Of a DNA stretch of 64,000 bases, positions 62,294 to 64,000 are shown one piece after another. Below the pieces are notes generated by a model. It saw only the letters and a list, made by a program, of their open reading frames with translations. It was not told the DNA's origin and ran no database searches. Source of the stretch: an uncultured delta proteobacterium (GTDB lineage: Bacteria; Desulfobacterota; BSN033; UBA1163); contig CAVPSJ010000004.1 of the NCBI GenBank assembly GCA_963708295.1, positions 128,001 to 192,000 on the forward strand, given 5' to 3'. Positions within the stretch are counted from its first letter, which is position 1. Every line of letters begins with the position of its first letter. The translations under genes were made by a program, and so were the position numbers.

Positions 62294-64000
62294 ATGTACC
62301 CTACCTTGATAAATGCCCTTGCCCTAGGCTATGAGAGGATTGTGGCCTGGGCCGACATCCTTGATCGGATCAATGTCTACCCAGTGCCGGACGGCGACAC
62401 GGGTCGCAATCTCGTCATCACCCTGGGCACCTGCAGGAATATCAACCGAGACCCCGACTCCCTGAGCCGGGAGATCCTGCTTGCCGCTAGAGGCAACTCC
62501 GGGAACATCGTCGCCGGCTTCCTCGCCGGATTCCTCACCTGCAAGGACTTGCCGTCCCTGCCGGCATCAGCCGAGGCCGGCCGTGATCTCGCGTACAAGG
62601 CTGTTCCCAATCCTCAACAAGGAACGATGATTTCTCTGTTCGATACCCTGGTCACCTCCCTGAAGAAAAACCCCCCTGAAGAGACAGGGAGATGGGTGGA
62701 GGCAGTCATTCATGACCTGGAAGAGACGGTGAGAAATACCCGGGAGCAGTTGCCGGAACTCAAAAAGGCAGGCGTGGTAGACGCAGGGGCCCTCGGTATG
62801 CTCGTCTTCTTGGATCCCTTGTTGAACACGTTGGCTGGCCGGGCGGTCAGACCCTCCCTCTTCATGGATGATCTAAAAGACTCCTTCAACCTCTCCGAGT
62901 CCTGGGAGGAGCGGAACTTCCAGGGATACTGCTTTGATGTCTTGCTCAAGATCGATCATGAAGAACAGGAAGTTGTGAAACACGTCATAGATGTGGGAGA
63001 ATCGGTGGTCGCCATGCCCCATGGGGAGTGCCTCAAAGTACACCTCCATGCCACGGACAGAGAGAAGGTCAAACAAGACCTGACCTCCCTCGGAGCCATC
63101 CTGAGCTGGGCCGAAGACGACCTCGCGGAGCAGACCTTTCGGTTCAGTGAACCCAGAAAAAAACAGGCCATTCATATCTTGACGGACGCGGCTGGTTCCA
63201 TCACGAGGGATCAGGCTCACAGCCTTGGAATCACACTCCTCAACAGTTACATCGCTGTCGGGAATCGTTTTCTCCCTGAGACCTATGTGGACTCTTCCCA
63301 GTTCTTTACGGCTATGAAGGCCGGGGCCAAAGTCTCCACGGGCCAAGCCTCCGCCGTGGAACGACAGGAGTGCTATAACAACGTCATCAAAACTCATGAC
63401 CGGGTCCTCTATCTCTGCGTGGGCTCCTTCTACACCGGCAATTACGATGTGGCCATCCGATGGAAAGCTGAGAATGATCCCGAAGACCGGATGACCATCC
63501 TCGACACAGGGGTCGCCTCCGGAAAGCTCGGTCTCGTCGCCAGGGCTGCGGCTGAACTCTCTCTCACCGTCAGCGACCCGATGGAAGTCATCGCGTTTGC
63601 CAGGGGCGCGATTCAGAAAGTACAGGAATATATTTTCCTCGACACGCTGCAATTTCTAGCAGCCGGAGGCCGGATGTCAAAGACGGGCGCCTTCTTTGGC
63701 GACGTCCTTCGTATCAAACCGATCGTCAGCCCCTTCCCAGACGGGGCTCGGAAGATCGGGGTGGTGAGAAGCACCAGGGATCAAGTCAAATTCGCCTTCC
63801 GTCATCTTGAGCAAGATATCTCAAAAGATCAAAGGGCCACCCTGCTTCTCGAATACACCGACAACAAGCAGTGGCTCGAGGGGGAGATCAAACCGGAGAT
63901 CGAGCGCAGATTTCCTTTGGTGAAAGTTATCTTACAATCTCTCTCCCTGACCTCTGCTGCCCACATGGGACCGGGTTCCTGGGGCATCGCCTTCCTCACA
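62294..64000 (+). CDS. DAK2-DegV fusion (fatty acid kinase FakA/FakB-like), runs off right edge
   Basis: Manual translation: INVYPVPDGDTGRN, ARGNSG, VDAGALG, KVHLHA, then DegV ILTD, VSTGQ, L.AGGR, IKPI, AHMGPG. Confidence 0.9.
   Translation, partial: MYPTLINALALGYERIVAWADILDRINVYPVPDGDTGRNLVITLGTCRNINRDPDSLSREILLAARGNSGNIVAGFLAGFLTCKDLPSLPASAEAGRDLAYKAVPNPQQGTMISLFDTLVTSLKKNPPEETGRWVEAVIHDLEETVRNTREQLPELKKAGVVDAGALGMLVFLDPLLNTLAGRAVRPSLFMDDLKDSFNLSESWEERNFQGYCFDVLLKIDHEEQEVVKHVIDVGESVVAMPHGECLKVHLHATDREKVKQDLTSLGAILSWAEDDLAEQTFRFSEPRKKQAIHILTDAAGSITRDQAHSLGITLLNSYIAVGNRFLPETYVDSSQFFTAMKAGAKVSTGQASAVERQECYNNVIKTHDRVLYLCVGSFYTGNYDVAIRWKAENDPEDRMTILDTGVASGKLGLVARAAAELSLTVSDPMEVIAFARGAIQKVQEYIFLDTLQFLAAGGRMSKTGAFFGDVLRIKPIVSPFPDGARKIGVVRSTRDQVKFAFRHLEQDISKDQRATLLLEYTDNKQWLEGEIKPEIERRFPLVKVILQSLSLTSAAHMGPGSWGIAFLT

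Overview
Chromosomal window from an anaerobic Deltaproteobacteria/Desulfobacterota-like bacterium; the lineage is inferred from gene content only. It mixes housekeeping and metabolic genes: CoA-transferase, queF, arsC, a 2-oxoacid oxidoreductase operon with a delta/GltD fusion, a ClpX-like/DnaJ/LonC/RsmE operon, a TAXI-TRAP transporter, class II RNR with NrdR boxes, two B12-radical SAM enzymes, and an aryl-polyene-like ACP/MMPL/acyltransferase cluster ending in a DAK2-DegV fusion. Many genes carry single-base indels, probably long-read consensus errors. The best signals missed by the ORF track are: (1) a rhodanese-like gene whose active-site loop reads TGA-GGC-TGA (Sec-Gly-Sec) followed by a SECIS-like hairpin; (2) an intact IS110 whose downstream non-coding region holds a 12-nt exact complement of its own reconstituted target site (bridge/seekRNA guide); (3) a sigma54 promoter, c-di-GMP-I riboswitch and terminator in front of PilZ and GGDEF genes; (4) a family of modular nested MITEs that mostly sit at stop codons. 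No rRNA, tRNA or CRISPR array was seen.
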